A stretch of DNA of 64,000 bases from positions 8,348,784 to 8,412,783 of the forward strand of contig CM121341.1 of the NCBI GenBank assembly GCA_051530055.1, in the 5' to 3' direction. Origin of the DNA: Neoechinorhynchus agilis (lineage: Eukaryota; Animalia; Acanthocephala). Positions 1-11,720 of the stretch are shown piece after piece. A program made the position numbers and the translations under genes. The notes beneath the pieces were generated by a model. That model ran no database searches, had not been told where the DNA came from, and saw only the letters and a list, made by a program, of their open reading frames with translations. Each line of letters starts with the position of its first letter. Within the stretch, counting starts at the first letter, position 1.

Positions 1-164
1 TTCGTACCTTCCTCTCTTCCGCTGCACCTCCATCGATTTCGAGAGAGCAGGGAATGCTGCTTACTGCGAGGGTGTCCACAGACGTTGCGTCCCAGAGAAA
101 GCATTTGCTCTCGCGCCACGGAAAGATCGAAATTCCGTCAGGTCGACGACCGGGGTATTCAAAC
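1..164 (-). mobile_element. CRE-clade non-LTR retrotransposon relic (RLE endonuclease region), runs off the window start
   Basis: My minus-strand translation reads FEYPGRRPDGISIFPWRESKCFLWDATSVDTLAVSSIP...GGAAEERKVR, the RPDG/PW/WDATxVDT signature also seen at 8959-9222. Confidence 0.85.
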
Positions 165-254
165 ATTCATCACTCTATCGCAAAGCTTTACATTTAAAAA
201 AAAGGAAATACACAAATAAACGACAGCTAAAACCCAAATTACAAATTTATTATT

Positions 255-1125
255 TCCTTTTTCAGTGTATAGCTAGTAGATCTTTCAATTTTAACGTTTG
301 GCGATAAAACGCAAATATCGTTCAAAATGTCCGGAGCAGTTCAAAAGAGGTTTTTGAATGAACGCATTCATGTAGATTTCGCTTATTTATTAAAGAAATA
401 TTTTAATCAATTTTCACGATCGGTAATAGATAACAATTATTGAAACCGTTCTCGCTCGCGTAGAGATCACTGCACCCGCCCTTTTAAATTTTGTGTTCGA
501 GATAAAAAAAGGGTCAAATAATACGCTAAAAAGTGCAATCACCACCGTCCGCAAAATTGGAGCTTCTCTCCTTCCTCGGCTGTCAGCAGCATTGCCGCGT
601 TGTACTGCGAGCGAGATATTTTGCCGCGTCGCCCGTCGTTTTTCTCAATTTCTTCGAGAGATCCTGGAGCAGAGTGAGTGTCGAGCAGCAAAGTGCTTCA
701 TTCGTCTCTCCTTGTGAATCCCTATATTTTCGTACCTTCCTCTCTTCCGCTGCACCTCCTTTTTCAGTGTATAGCTAGTAGATCTTTCAATTTTAACGTT
801 TGGCGATAAAACGCAAATATCGTTCAAAATGTCCGGAGCAGTTCAAAAGAGGTTTTTGAATGAACGCATTCATGTAGATTTCGCTTATTTATTAAAGAAA
901 TATTTTAATCAATTTTCACGATCGGTAATAGATAACAATTATTGAAACCGTTCTCGCTCGCGTAGAGATCACTGCACCCGCCCTTTTAAATTTTGTGTTC
1001 GAGATAAAAAAAGGGTCAAATAATACGCTAAAAAGTGCAATCACCACCGTCCGCAAAATTGGAGCTTCTCTCCTTCCTCGGCTGTCAGCAGCATTGCCGC
1101 GTTGTACTGCGAGCGAGATATTTTG
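255..1125. repeat. Tandem duplication, 502-bp period (255-623 = 757-1125); 729-759 also repeats 1-31
   Basis: Direct sequence identity; the duplicated 74/85-aa ORFs in the track reflect it. Confidence 0.95.
566..760 (-). mobile_element. 5'-truncated, internally deleted CRE 3' end
   Basis: Minus strand GGAAEERKVRKYRD...LLQDLSKKLRKTTGD..(frameshift)..ISLAVQRGNAADS matches the CRE C-terminal TGDxR...QRISxAVQRGNAA motif. Confidence 0.8.
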
Positions 1126-1210
1126 TCGCAGGAACCACTTCCGAGAAACGACTTTTCGTTCGATTTTAAAGCGTCCAAAGACGCAGCTCGACAAATTTTG
1201 GGACACGACA
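1068..1210 (-). mobile_element. CRE 3' end relic just upstream of RRP5
   Basis: ORF 916..1224 contains RKWFLRQNISLAVQRGNAADS. Confidence 0.8.
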
Positions 1211-1385
1211 AGATGTGGCGTCAAGTCGTACGCTCGTCGCGAGAGAAGTTGAAAAATAAGCTTATACTACTACTCCGAACTGAAAACTTCTTCATGAATG
1301 ACGTAAACTTGGGTTTTTGAGCGTTCTTTCGTGTTTTTTCCATCAGGTCTCCAATCTCTGAAGAAATTGTTTTCATCCGAAAAAG

Positions 1386-4300
1386 ATGGATTTTCCTCGG
1401 GGCGTTGATGTGCTGCATGGACGTGGTCATTTGAAGCGTAAATCGAGCTTAAAGCAGCTGAGGATTCAAAAAAGACTTAAATTTCAAGTGGACGACGTTA
1501 TTCGTCCGAGTCTTTTAACAGTTCGTGATTTCACCAAGGATTGTTTATGTTTAGCGTCAATAATGCGTATTTATAAGAATCGTCTTCGACTAAGTCTCCC
1601 ACACCACCAATTCGCTTATGCTTACGTTCAAGAAGCAACATCTCTATTCAGAGTTGGCCAGTATGTCTCATGTGCCATCAGCAAGCCAGCTAAAGGTAAT
1701 CGTCGGACTAAATGGCACCAAGTTAGCATTTTTCCGAGAGATGTTAATCGGTTCGTTGGCCGAGTCCAACCCGGCACGGTTTTTAGTGGCGTTGTAACCG
1801 CCCTTGAAGATCATGGATTCACTGTTGACCTTGGAATCAATGAATACGTTGGGTTTATCAATAAAAAACGGTCCATTAAAGAGTTCGGACGTCTTTTGAG
1901 TATTGGTTCTTATGTTCTTGGAGTGACTACGAACGTTGTTGGACGGGTTGTCACTCTTCAAAGTCCATCGGTCGCCTTGAATGCGACGTTGAACGGAGAA
2001 GATGGAGTCTTCGTTCAGAGTATAACACCCGGATCGAGACTTCACTTGAACAGAAATGAGTTTAAAACTCTTAAAGACGGTCTTTATTATAGCCGAGATG
2101 GTCTCAATGTGTTTGTGAATCGGTTAGATATGCCGGACTTTACGAGTGAAATCCCGGACGAAGGTACCATTGTGACGGTCGTGTACGTGAACGAATCCAC
2201 CAAAACCATCTACGCGTCTCTTCTTCATTCGCACTTTCTCCTTCAATCATCTACGTTCAATGACGATCATTCCAAGTGGAAACGAGGAGTGTTCATTTCA
2301 AAATCAGTCGTTGAACATCTTAAAAAGGCTTATTGCATCTTGAAAACTAGAGATGGTACTCGATGCTATCTACGAATCAACAATACAGATACAAAACAAA
2401 AAAACAATGTTGATCGAATGGCCGATTTGATGAAAGTAGGTGATTGTAAACAATGTCGAGTTATTGATGTAAATGGATTTGAAGGATTCTTGATTGTCTC
2501 TACTATTCCTCGTGACCTAAATCGAAATGAACCGTTCAGTATTGGTGACTTGAAAGTGGGGCAGAAGGTCAATGTGAAAAGTATAAAATCTCAAGGTAAG
2601 AACGGTTGGACCGTTGGAATCAGTAGAAGTGTGACCGGATTTGTTCCCAAGGCACACACAAATGCGGATGCTCTAAAGCAGCCTTTTCCAAATTCGGGCT
2701 AATTCACTTTGTTTCCCCCTTTCCCAGTTTGAAATAGCTGCTTGTAAAGCTCTTAAAAACCGGTAGATCGTGTATAATGCGTATTCTTAACCTAAGAACG
2801 GGTTCATCGGAATCCATTGATAAGCTCGTACTAACGGCGAATCCACAAATGATTAAAGCAACGAAAGTAAGGAAACTCTTACATGATTGGAAATCCGGCG
2901 GACCTATTACTGTGCCTGTTATTGTTTCGCATACTCTAGCCGAAAATCGTGGTGCTTTGGTAGCGAGCTTTGGTGAAATCCGTGGACGGCTGCTTCCTTA
3001 TCCGGGTGAAATATACGAAACTGGCCAATTCGTGTACTGTGAAAGACAACCAACCGTTTCTTTGATCGAACAAGACGTTTTGTTCAAACTGTGTGCCGAT
3101 CCACGATTTGGGAATAAGCCAGAACCGGAATTCGGTAAAGTCCATGAAAATGCGAAAGTGATTCGGGTTGAAGAAGAGTGCATTTATTTGGAAACTCAGG
3201 AAGGAGACCTTCTAAAGTGTCCAACAGATAGTGTATTTGATTTCAAGGAACTTAATGACGAGCTAAATCTACGAAATCTAGAGAAAATCTTGCCAATCGA
3301 ATCAAGAGTCAAATGCGTTTGTCTAGGAAGCGATTTCGAAAAGAATGGTATTGGGTGTTTAAGACCGATAGTGATTGATTTCTTCTCTAATACTCCTCCT
3401 CAAGACAATATCACTTGTTGTTGTGTGATCGAACGTATTGATCAGATGGGATTAGAAGTTCGTGTTCTTATAAAGGGTATTCCTATTGGATTTATTCATC
3501 ATAGCCACGTGGATTGGAGTTATGTAAGTGAAGGACAAACAATTCCTGCCAGTATTAGTCAAGGCCAAGAAGATAAACGCCTGTTGTTGTCCATGCGAGA
3601 TAATTCCGAGTTTTATTTGACAAAAGAGCGCGCATTGGACGAGTATTTGGAGCAGTTGAATAAATTGACAGGTTGTCCCAAAGTTGAGCTATTTAAGAAG
3701 GAGATTAAAGTCAATGAAATCAAAGGTAAGTTTAATTGTCCTTCAGACTGTGAAGTAGTGGTTCCTGTTCATTTCGACGAACAAAAGTGCCTTCATTGCA
3801 TTGGTGTTCGTCAAGATCGTCAATGCGTATTTAGACATCAGCGATTCTCAATAGTGCATATGGGCAAAGGAAAATACGCGTATATCCTTCCCGAAGTTAA
3901 CTTCAAACATCATCTTGTTCCTGTTCAGGATATGCGTCATCAAATATTCACTGATTCGAGAATCGATGACCACTGGACAGTGGGATCTCGTGAGACCGTA
4001 GATGGGTTTAATTTTCTTACAATGACGCGGAAACAAGAAACTAGTCGGGTATTATACAGTGAACTCCTTTTAAGGAAAAAGAAGTTTCCCGTTACACTAT
4101 TGAGCGATAGCATTTGTATTCCTAAACATTTAAACAAATCGATAATGTCAATCAAAGCGATGGCTAAAACTGCCGCGGTAGTGGTAAGCGTAAAGCCCAA
4201 ACGCGGTCTAACTGTATATCTAAGCAGTGTCCAAATCGGTCATATTCCTTTGAACCATTGCTGTCGGACCTTTAAGGAAGTGGAAGAGATTGAACAACGA

Positions 4301-5782
4301 TTTAAAGTTGGTTATGTTATGTGGGTTTGGACATTGAATATAGAGAATTATAATGTAATGTGTACTGGATTTGATCCGAACTTGGCGTACGGTGAAGTCA
4401 AATTGGCACGGGTTGTTCCTGGATTTAGTAGTCTGGGCAAACGGTTGTTCATGGCTCCTTTTTGTGGGAAATTAGTTAGAGCTCATTATCCGCCAACTGA
4501 AGCTTCTCAAACCAGCGATGCGTATAGGCATCTGGAAGGTTACATTGAAGTACTTAGATGTTATAAGACTAAGAAACATGGTTGGGTGGCGAGTTGTCGA
4601 CCCGAATCACTTCATTATTGGTATTTTGTGAAGGAAGCAAAAGGAGGAAGTGTTCGTCTTGTCAATGGTCGTGACTTTTGCGAATGTGTACTGGAGGTCG
4701 GTATGGACGCCCGCTGGTTGTTCCACAATTATGAATTGGTGAAGTGTGACAAATGGTGGGACGGCACACTGACGATTGATTTAAAAGAATATCTTGTAAG
4801 ACAAGCCTGTAGATGCGAGGATGAACCACTGAGAAGTCGTCTAATGGCGGATCCGGATATTCTGAGATATGCAGAAGAGAGATTGGTTCGGTTTTCGAAT
4901 AAAGATTTCGTATCTACAGAGGAAGTTCCGAAAGTTATAGTGAATGAATCGGTGAAGGAAGATGAAGATTTGTGGTTCAGGAAGAGCGAGGAAGTCGAGA
5001 ACGAGAAAACTATAGTGACAAAGGAACAGGATATTATGGTCCATGAAGTCGAGAAGTCTTCAGTATTCCAACAAATGGTTGCGCTCGATCCCGACAATGT
5101 CTTTAACTGGGTTCGTCTTATCGCGTGCGAAGTCGAAAAAGGCAATGTTGAAAGTGCTCGACTGACCGCGAAACGAGCTTTACAAGCATTTCGAAATGAT
5201 TCAGATAAATTGGCGATTTGGCTTTCACTGTTAAATGTTGAAATTAGATTCGGTTCTGAGGTGTGGTCAGTTTTTGATGAAGCATTAAAGAATGTCGTTG
5301 ACCACAAGGAGTTATACAGAAAGGTTATTGGACTCTTGGCTTCCGCTGATAGACTGGATGAAGCAAAAACTGGAGTAGAGAGAATGGTTAAGTCATTTCC
5401 TGACGATAAAGACATTCTACTTGATTGCCTTAATTTCTTCTTTTCGTCGAAAATGTTAGAAGAAGGTCGCTCGTTTCTCGATAGAACTCTGAATTGTCCA
5501 ACTATTTTGAAACCAAGCGATCAGGTTGATTTGATTTGTCGATGTGCTTTTCTTGAGTTTCAGCATGGCGATGGAAATCAAGGAAAGGTTCTGTTTGAGA
5601 AACTTATCTCAACATATCCGAAACGGTTGGACGTCTGGTCGGTTTATATTTCCGGTCTTTTAAAGAAAGGAGAAAGTCGAGCTGGGCGGATTGTTTTTGA
5701 TCGATTAATGGAACTTAAGCCAATGAAAGAAAAGAAGTTGGAAGGGATTAAAAAACAGTTCAGCGAAGCGTTTCAATTGTAA
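1386..5782 (+). CDS. RRP5: rRNA biogenesis protein Rrp5/PDCD11 (S1 repeats + C-terminal HAT/TPR repeats); two coding blocks 1386-~2696 and ~2738-5782
   Basis: N-terminal MDFPRG (Rrp5 FPRG motif), several S1-like segments (GTVFSGVVTALEDHGFTVDLG; VTGFVPKAH), C-terminal HAT region (DKLAIWLSLLNVE; LFEKLISTYPKRLDVWSVY). The junction near 2697-2737 has no in-frame GT-AG solution as written. Confidence 0.9.
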
Positions 5783-6029
5783 AAAATTGTTTTTTTCTAT
5801 ATCATACAGTCGAAAGATTTGCGTGCCATTTTTATTTGCAGTCTTTACTGGAGTGTTTCAGAAGAACAATAATGTTCAGTATTGCGTTCGTAGAAAAGAA
5901 TATAAAGGTGCGAATAAAACACTTTAACAATCTGACTGAAGAAGGCCAACGAAAAGGCCGAAAATTTTCAATATAAATCTATTTCTGAGTGAATATCGCT
6001 AATTGAAATTGAAACAATAATGATTAATT

Positions 6030-7935
6030 TCTTTACAAAGTCTTTGGAGTGTTGTTGAGTTGGTAGGAAACCCAATATCGTTTAAATGCCTTAATTGGTT
6101 TAAGTGTCCAATTTCATATCCGAGGACGAAAATCCTATCCATCCCTTACTTGCTTTTTGTGTTATTTAATCGTAATCCTTTTTTTCAGCTATCATCCGGA
6201 AACGGTTGAGGTTCTCATCATGCTCTTCTTTTGTTTTCCCGCATATTATTACGTCGTCCAAATACGAGGCTTCTCAACGATGTGATTTATAAATCGCTGA
6301 AATGCTGCGACTCCATTGGTAACACCCATGGGGATATTTTTGAACCGATACAGCTTGCCGCAAGCTTCGAATGAAGTATAGTTTCTCTCACTAGAATCGA
6401 TTATAACTTGATAATATGCATCTTTTAAATCTATTTGACTGAATACAATTCTCAGCGATTGCATTAACCATTTTGTCTATCCTAGGCAGGGGATAGGCGT
6501 CCAAATACGTGAAGCGGTTTATTGTTCGTCAAAAATCTACCACTAGTCTATTTTTACCGTTTTCCTTTTTAATAACGAGAACTTGGGCTCGCCACGGAGA
6601 GTTTGACGGCTCTATGATCCCTTCGTTCAGCATAAGCTCGATCTCTGATTTAATGAAGGCAGTATCATTTCGACTGAACGTTCGTGATTTCGTGATGACG
6701 AGCTTACAGTCTGGGCTTAAATTCTCGAAAAGAAATGGAACGAATTCTGGTTCACCATTTGTTTCGGTAGTGGTCGTGGCTACGAGTTCAAGAATATCCT
6801 CGTGGCCAGATGTTCTCAACCGCAATTCCTTATGTAGTTTGACGAACGGCAATCCCAAAATTATGTCATAGCATAATTCGGGCAGGATGAACAACTCAAC
6901 GTTTTGGTATGTCCTTCCACCGCACATTAACTCGGTGATGACCCTGCCACGAGATCTCCTGTGGAGATGTCCAGAGGTCATTGACACATTCGCGTAGGCC
7001 GGTTTCGCAATGAATTTCATCTCCTTAGCGATTTTATCGTTGATGAAATTAAGTGAACTCCCGGTGTCTATTAGGGCACAAAAACTTTGTATCACCAATT
7101 CGTATCTCAATCATCAAGGAATCCTTAATCAATCCATTCGTTGTAGTGGTAGCAAGGAATATAGATGAAAGTTTGACCTGAGTATTTTTCTTTGATTGGC
7201 ACATTTTGCGAAATGGCCCTTTTTTGAGCATTCTTAGCATTTTGCTTGATTCGCAGGCGAAGGAATCTTGGGAGTCTTTTACACGAGCAGTATTGCATTT
7301 AGCGGAATCACTATCTATGTCGGAAATATCAACGGAATCGCGCTCAGCTACTGTCAAACTTCTTAGCATGTTACTCGACGTGGTATTAAATTGATCCACG
7401 CTGTCCGTCGCACATTAAACACATTTAGCTATTTCGACGGCTTTTGTCAATACCAAATCCTCTTGTTCGAGCAATCGTTGTCTTATTGCATCGGATCTGA
7501 CGCCGGAGATGAAAGCATCTCGGATGAATTCCGAGTTGGCCTCCTCCGCATTGACAGCTTTGAATTGACAATTGTGAGCCATGTTAGTTAGACATTGGAC
7601 TTATTGACCGATGCCCTCGTTCTCTGATTGTTTGTGGGTAGAGAGAAAATGCCTGCTTAGAACCTCATTGTGTTTTTTTGTATATCTTTTCCAATAAGGC
7701 CCAGGCTTCTTCAAAAGTCTTGGTATCTTCCAAAACTTCGTATACATCGGGCCCAATATTGGCATATAGGTATTCTAGTTTATCAGTATCAAGGTCGACC
7801 GATTGAATCGTATATTTGAAGTTTCTCTTCCATAGTTTGAACTTTTTTTCGGAATCTTGTTCGTGCGGCATCGCATTGAACCTTTCTAGCCTGAAATTCG
7901 CTTTTAACCTTCTATTCAACTGGTCGTACTTCTAG
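6030..7935 (-). mobile_element. Ty3/gypsy LTR retrotransposon relic: gag, protease, RT (frameshifted, 3'-truncated)
   Basis: gag-like ORF 7665..7919; protease ALIDTGSSLNFI and RT start IIEPSNSPWRAQVLVIKK...RLVVDF (6529..7110); FSQIDLKDAYYQV...PMGVTNG (6249..6464) followed by LDDVIICG in another frame. Confidence 0.92.
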
Positions 7936-8409
7936 AATCGTCCATTGCAAGAAATTGTTTTTTTGTACAATAAATCGATGTATGACCAAAACAGGAGCTT
8001 TATTGCACAAAAACACCAAACACCACGAGGGGCGCGTGCTAAATGGTAGCAAAACCGCGGTGATGACGCGGGGACGACGGCGCCAACAGTGTCAAGGAAA
8101 GACACAAGCGTTCCTGCAAACAATATCCGCCAATTCCCACAAGAACGAAACTTCCAACTCAGGCGAATATTCTTAAACGAACGGACACATTCCCGCTCGA
8201 ACGAGACGAATTTAAGACATGCAATTTACCACGTCAACTAAAATTAGGTCGATTCATTTCGCATATCTCAGCGAGCCGATTGCAAAACTGTAAGTTATTC
8301 TCGTTTCAATTTTGAGACGAACATCCTTCATCATTGATATCAAAATATCAATCGATTGCCAATTAAATTAGCGTTTCCTTCGGCAATGTCATAAAATATA
8401 TATATATTT

Positions 8410-9343
8410 CGTGTTTGCAAGAAACACGGAATTAATCAACAAATTTATACCTCTTACCGAGCCAGTAAAACGTATGCGGAAGCCCTTTCCAACATGAGAC
8501 AAAACTCCCAACGTTATTTGGACGGTTTGTCGATCTGGCAATCCCGGACAGAGATCCTGCACCTTCCGGAAAATGACCACAAGCAGTCGGCCTTGGACCT
8601 TCCCCTCATAAAGAAGATTCACAAATCCTTTAATGATCTTCTCGACGAGGTTTCCCAAGTTCGTCTTGCGGCGTGTTCTACAAAGGAATCGGGAGCCTGG
8701 CTAAATGCTCTCCCCGCCCCGACAATCGGAACTCTTCTAGAGGATTCTACTTTAAGGGTCGCAGTTTCTTTAAGATTGGGCCAGGATATTTGTATCCCGC
8801 ATCGCTGTCGCTGCGGATCTATAGTTGAAGCCAATGGCAGACACGGCCTCAGTTGTAAAACGTCCAGAGGGAGGTTTCCAAGACACTCAGAATTGAACTC
8901 AATTTTGAGTAGAGCCCTAGATTCCGTCCACGTGCCCAATATTTAAGAGCCAAGTAACTTGTGCCGCCTAGACAGCAAGCGAACTGACGGTGTCACGGTT
9001 TTTCCATGGCGGGAGGGGAAGCCCCTTTTATGGGATGCGACTTGCGTGGACACGCTTGCCCCCAGTAATTTTCCCTTTTCAAAAAGGAGCCCTGAAGGTT
9101 CAGCGGTCGTAGCTGAAGTCCGAAAACGTACAAAATACAGAGAGCTTTTAAGGACCTATTATTTCGTCCCTTTCGCCGTGGAGCCTTGGGACCGTCAGCG
9201 CTCACTCTCCTCGACGAATTAAGACGAAAAGGATGACGGGGGAACCGCGCTCTAGAAATTTTCTCGCTCAGCGAATCGCAATTGCGATGCAGCGAGGGAA
9301 CGCTGCCAGTATACTGGCAACGTCAAGAAGTTCACAGGAATAA
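8410..9343 (+). mobile_element. 5'-truncated CRE-clade retrotransposon (post-RT region, CCHC finger, RLE), with in-frame stop and frameshifts
   Basis: ESGAWLNALP...CRCG...HGLSC...RHSELN (8494..8946); KRTDGVTVFPWREGKPLLWDATCVDT (8959..9222); TGEPRSRNFLAQRIAIAMQRGNAASIL ending at TAA 9341-9343. Confidence 0.92.
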
Positions 9344-10669
9344 ATTGTAATCGTTGTAAATTAATAAATTTTAGACTTTTTCATTAAATTTTTATAGTGT
9401 GCTCTGAATTTTGACCAGGATGTCTTCATAAGGCGGTGGCACAAAAGCACGACTTATTGTTAAATATCAGTAAACGTTTAAGATTTCAAGACAACGAAAA
9501 TTCATGTTGAAGTCAGTAAGTGCTTTTGAGCATCTTGGATTTTATCGATTCCTTAGTCACGTTGGATCAAAAATATCAATTGAAAAGACAGAATAGTCGG
9601 CGGCAAACATTTTGTCTTTTCAGTTATGAATTATTTGAGAAATCTAAAACGGCATTTGAAACAATTCGATGTTTCTTCATACGTTAGAAAAACCAAAGGT
9701 CAGCAATATTTGAACTAGAAGATAAGATGCGGAGGAATTTAATGGAGAAAAAGTTGAGATTTTCAATCCTCATGGATTAACACATCTATCACAGGATGAT
9801 TTTGTTGTTACATTTTCTTCTATCAGTCTAGCTAGACGAGTAAGCGACGAAATCCTGAGAATCTTCATCATAAAGTCATGGCGATTGACGGTTTTAAATC
9901 ATAAAACTGCGTATAAGTAGACTTCTCTGACTTTGAATAATTAAATAGTCGTAAATAAATTTTTCACCTTTAATTCAGCAGCACCGTAATATTTTAATGG
10001 GACCAAAAACTAGATGTTGCGTGTGTTAAATTTTTTTACTTTTGCGTGAATCTAATGCCTCGAATATGACTTTGTTCAAAAATAGGTTCTCAATTTTAAG
10101 TCCTGACGTGAAAGCTTTAACATCTCAACTGATTTTATTAAAAAGAAGGTTCTGTATTTTAATTTTTTACCAAACCCTTCGATAATATCTGAGAAATAGA
10201 TCATAATTTACAGCGTCATTAAGATTCTTATTTAAAAATTTAGAATAGCATAACCAGCAAAAAGATAAAATAAACAAGACTGCTTACGTTTTAAGATTTT
10301 AGGCGTCTTTATACGACCGCAAGTCTTTAGCCTGTTAACAAGCGAATGTTAGCCCGTTTGCTCATTGGGTAAAAAAGTATTATTTTAGCCAATCAGGTCT
10401 GAAAAGAAGTTAAATTTTTTCCTAACATCGCAGGTTTATTTAGGCTTAAATTCCATATTAAATAAGACCACATCCAGCGAAGAAAGTAGCAATATTTTCT
10501 AAGATGATAGTTCGATGTATTTATATACTTCAATGACGTTCTTGCTAGGCTTAAAGTTGACGTTAGGAGCAAAAGAAGCATTGTATTCAAATGCGAATTA
10601 ATAAATAGAAGAAAAATTATAGGAAAACGTTATATCTTTTGCTAAAAATTTCGAGGGGCGATGATACAG

Positions 10670-10830
10670 ACAAATGCGTCCAAGAGATTCAGACGAATCA
10701 CTGTCGATCCGAGATCAGAAACATTCCTCGTACAAAACATGAGTCTGGCTGTGCAACGGAACGGAACGCTGAATCCGTCCTTACCAGGACGGCGGCTGAG
10801 TGATCCGGAGCGATAGTGAAAGTGATTTAA
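10670..10830 (+). mobile_element. Short CRE 3'-end relic of a second family
   Basis: Plus strand reads ASKRFRRITVDPRSETFLVQNMSLAVQR; removing a 4-bp duplication gives GNAESVL. Confidence 0.7.
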
Positions 10831-11720
10831 CTTTAATTCCATACTAAAAGGCACACTAAATTCTAAAAAAACATGTAAATACAAAAAGCTAATAATTAGA
10901 TCTCGTATTTACCTCCCAATTGTCAAGTGGAAATGATTTGTAAATTCAACTCATCGATGAAAACATGATTAATCATAGAGGATTGTTATACAATAAATCG
11001 TTTTTGTATCATTATAACAAATATATTTAAGGCAAATTTTTTTGCGGACATCACTAACATTTTTTTTGGTTAATTTTCATTTTCGACAGTTAAAAAAATT
11101 TACGCCTTCGCAAATAAATTTTTTCTATGTAGTAATAAAGTTGGAAGATCATACAAGAACTTTACTCGTTATCTTAGTTTAGATATACACAATCTCAAAA
11201 GAAAAAGCGAATGCAGTTTATTAAGTGAATTACTATAATAATTTTGTAGTCCCGAATCGCATGTCAGTGTAGAAAAAACTAAGATGTTACTTCAATGAAT
11301 ATCTACAAATAAAAGCGAAAATTGCTTTATTGTCTTAAATTTCGCAAATAATATTGAATAAGTACAGAAAAATGCGAATTTTCCCCTTGCACGAACTGAA
11401 TTAGATTTTCAGAATTAAAACATAAATAAGAAGACATTTGAAACAAATCACTGGCGTTATTATCATAAACGTGCTTTTGAATGTTATTGGGTACAAAGCC
11501 GTAAATATTTGGTAGATAACAAGCTTGTTTGTCTATTTGTTGTGGGTTTCGTATCGTTCTAAATGATCTACGTACAACTTTTTTGCCTTCCTTTAATCTA
11601 CTGAACGACTACAGAGAAATCGTAACTTCGCTATAACACGTTTTCTATAAGTTTGGTTTATTGTCAACAAACAATCCTGCACGCTATAATAAGCATTATT
11701 ATTTCGAGATTAACATAAAC

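Larger units (their letters stand above)
7973..10965. repeat. ~3.0-kb composite unit, copy 1 (near-identical to 21578-24571)
   Basis: Base-by-base similarity over ~2993 bp with only scattered substitutions and small indels; duplicated ORFs in the track. Confidence 0.97.

Noticed and set aside
60-170. GC-rich stretch first suspected to be RNase P/MRP or another ncRNA
   Set aside because: Fully explained as CRE coding sequence on the minus strand.
2735-2737. In-frame TAG (and a TGA near 38860) as evidence of stop-codon reassignment
   Set aside because: Both lie where an intron can cover them; conserved genes here have no internal stops and end in TAA or TGA normally.
4729-5415. 228-aa Ser-rich antisense ORF in RRP5 (and similar antisense ORFs in tubulin, CWC22 and MRPS28)
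   Set aside because: Shadow frames of real genes with no recognisable motifs.
5908-5965. Minus-strand TCGGCCTTTT...AAGTGT resembling the U2 snRNA 5' end
   Set aside because: The GTAGTA branch-pairing sequence is absent; the region overlaps a ~35-bp dispersed repeat also at 43115-43150.
9430-9920. Exon-like pieces inside the 3-kb unit (possible captured host gene)
   Set aside because: Short, interrupted, differs in frame between the copies, and no family was recognised.
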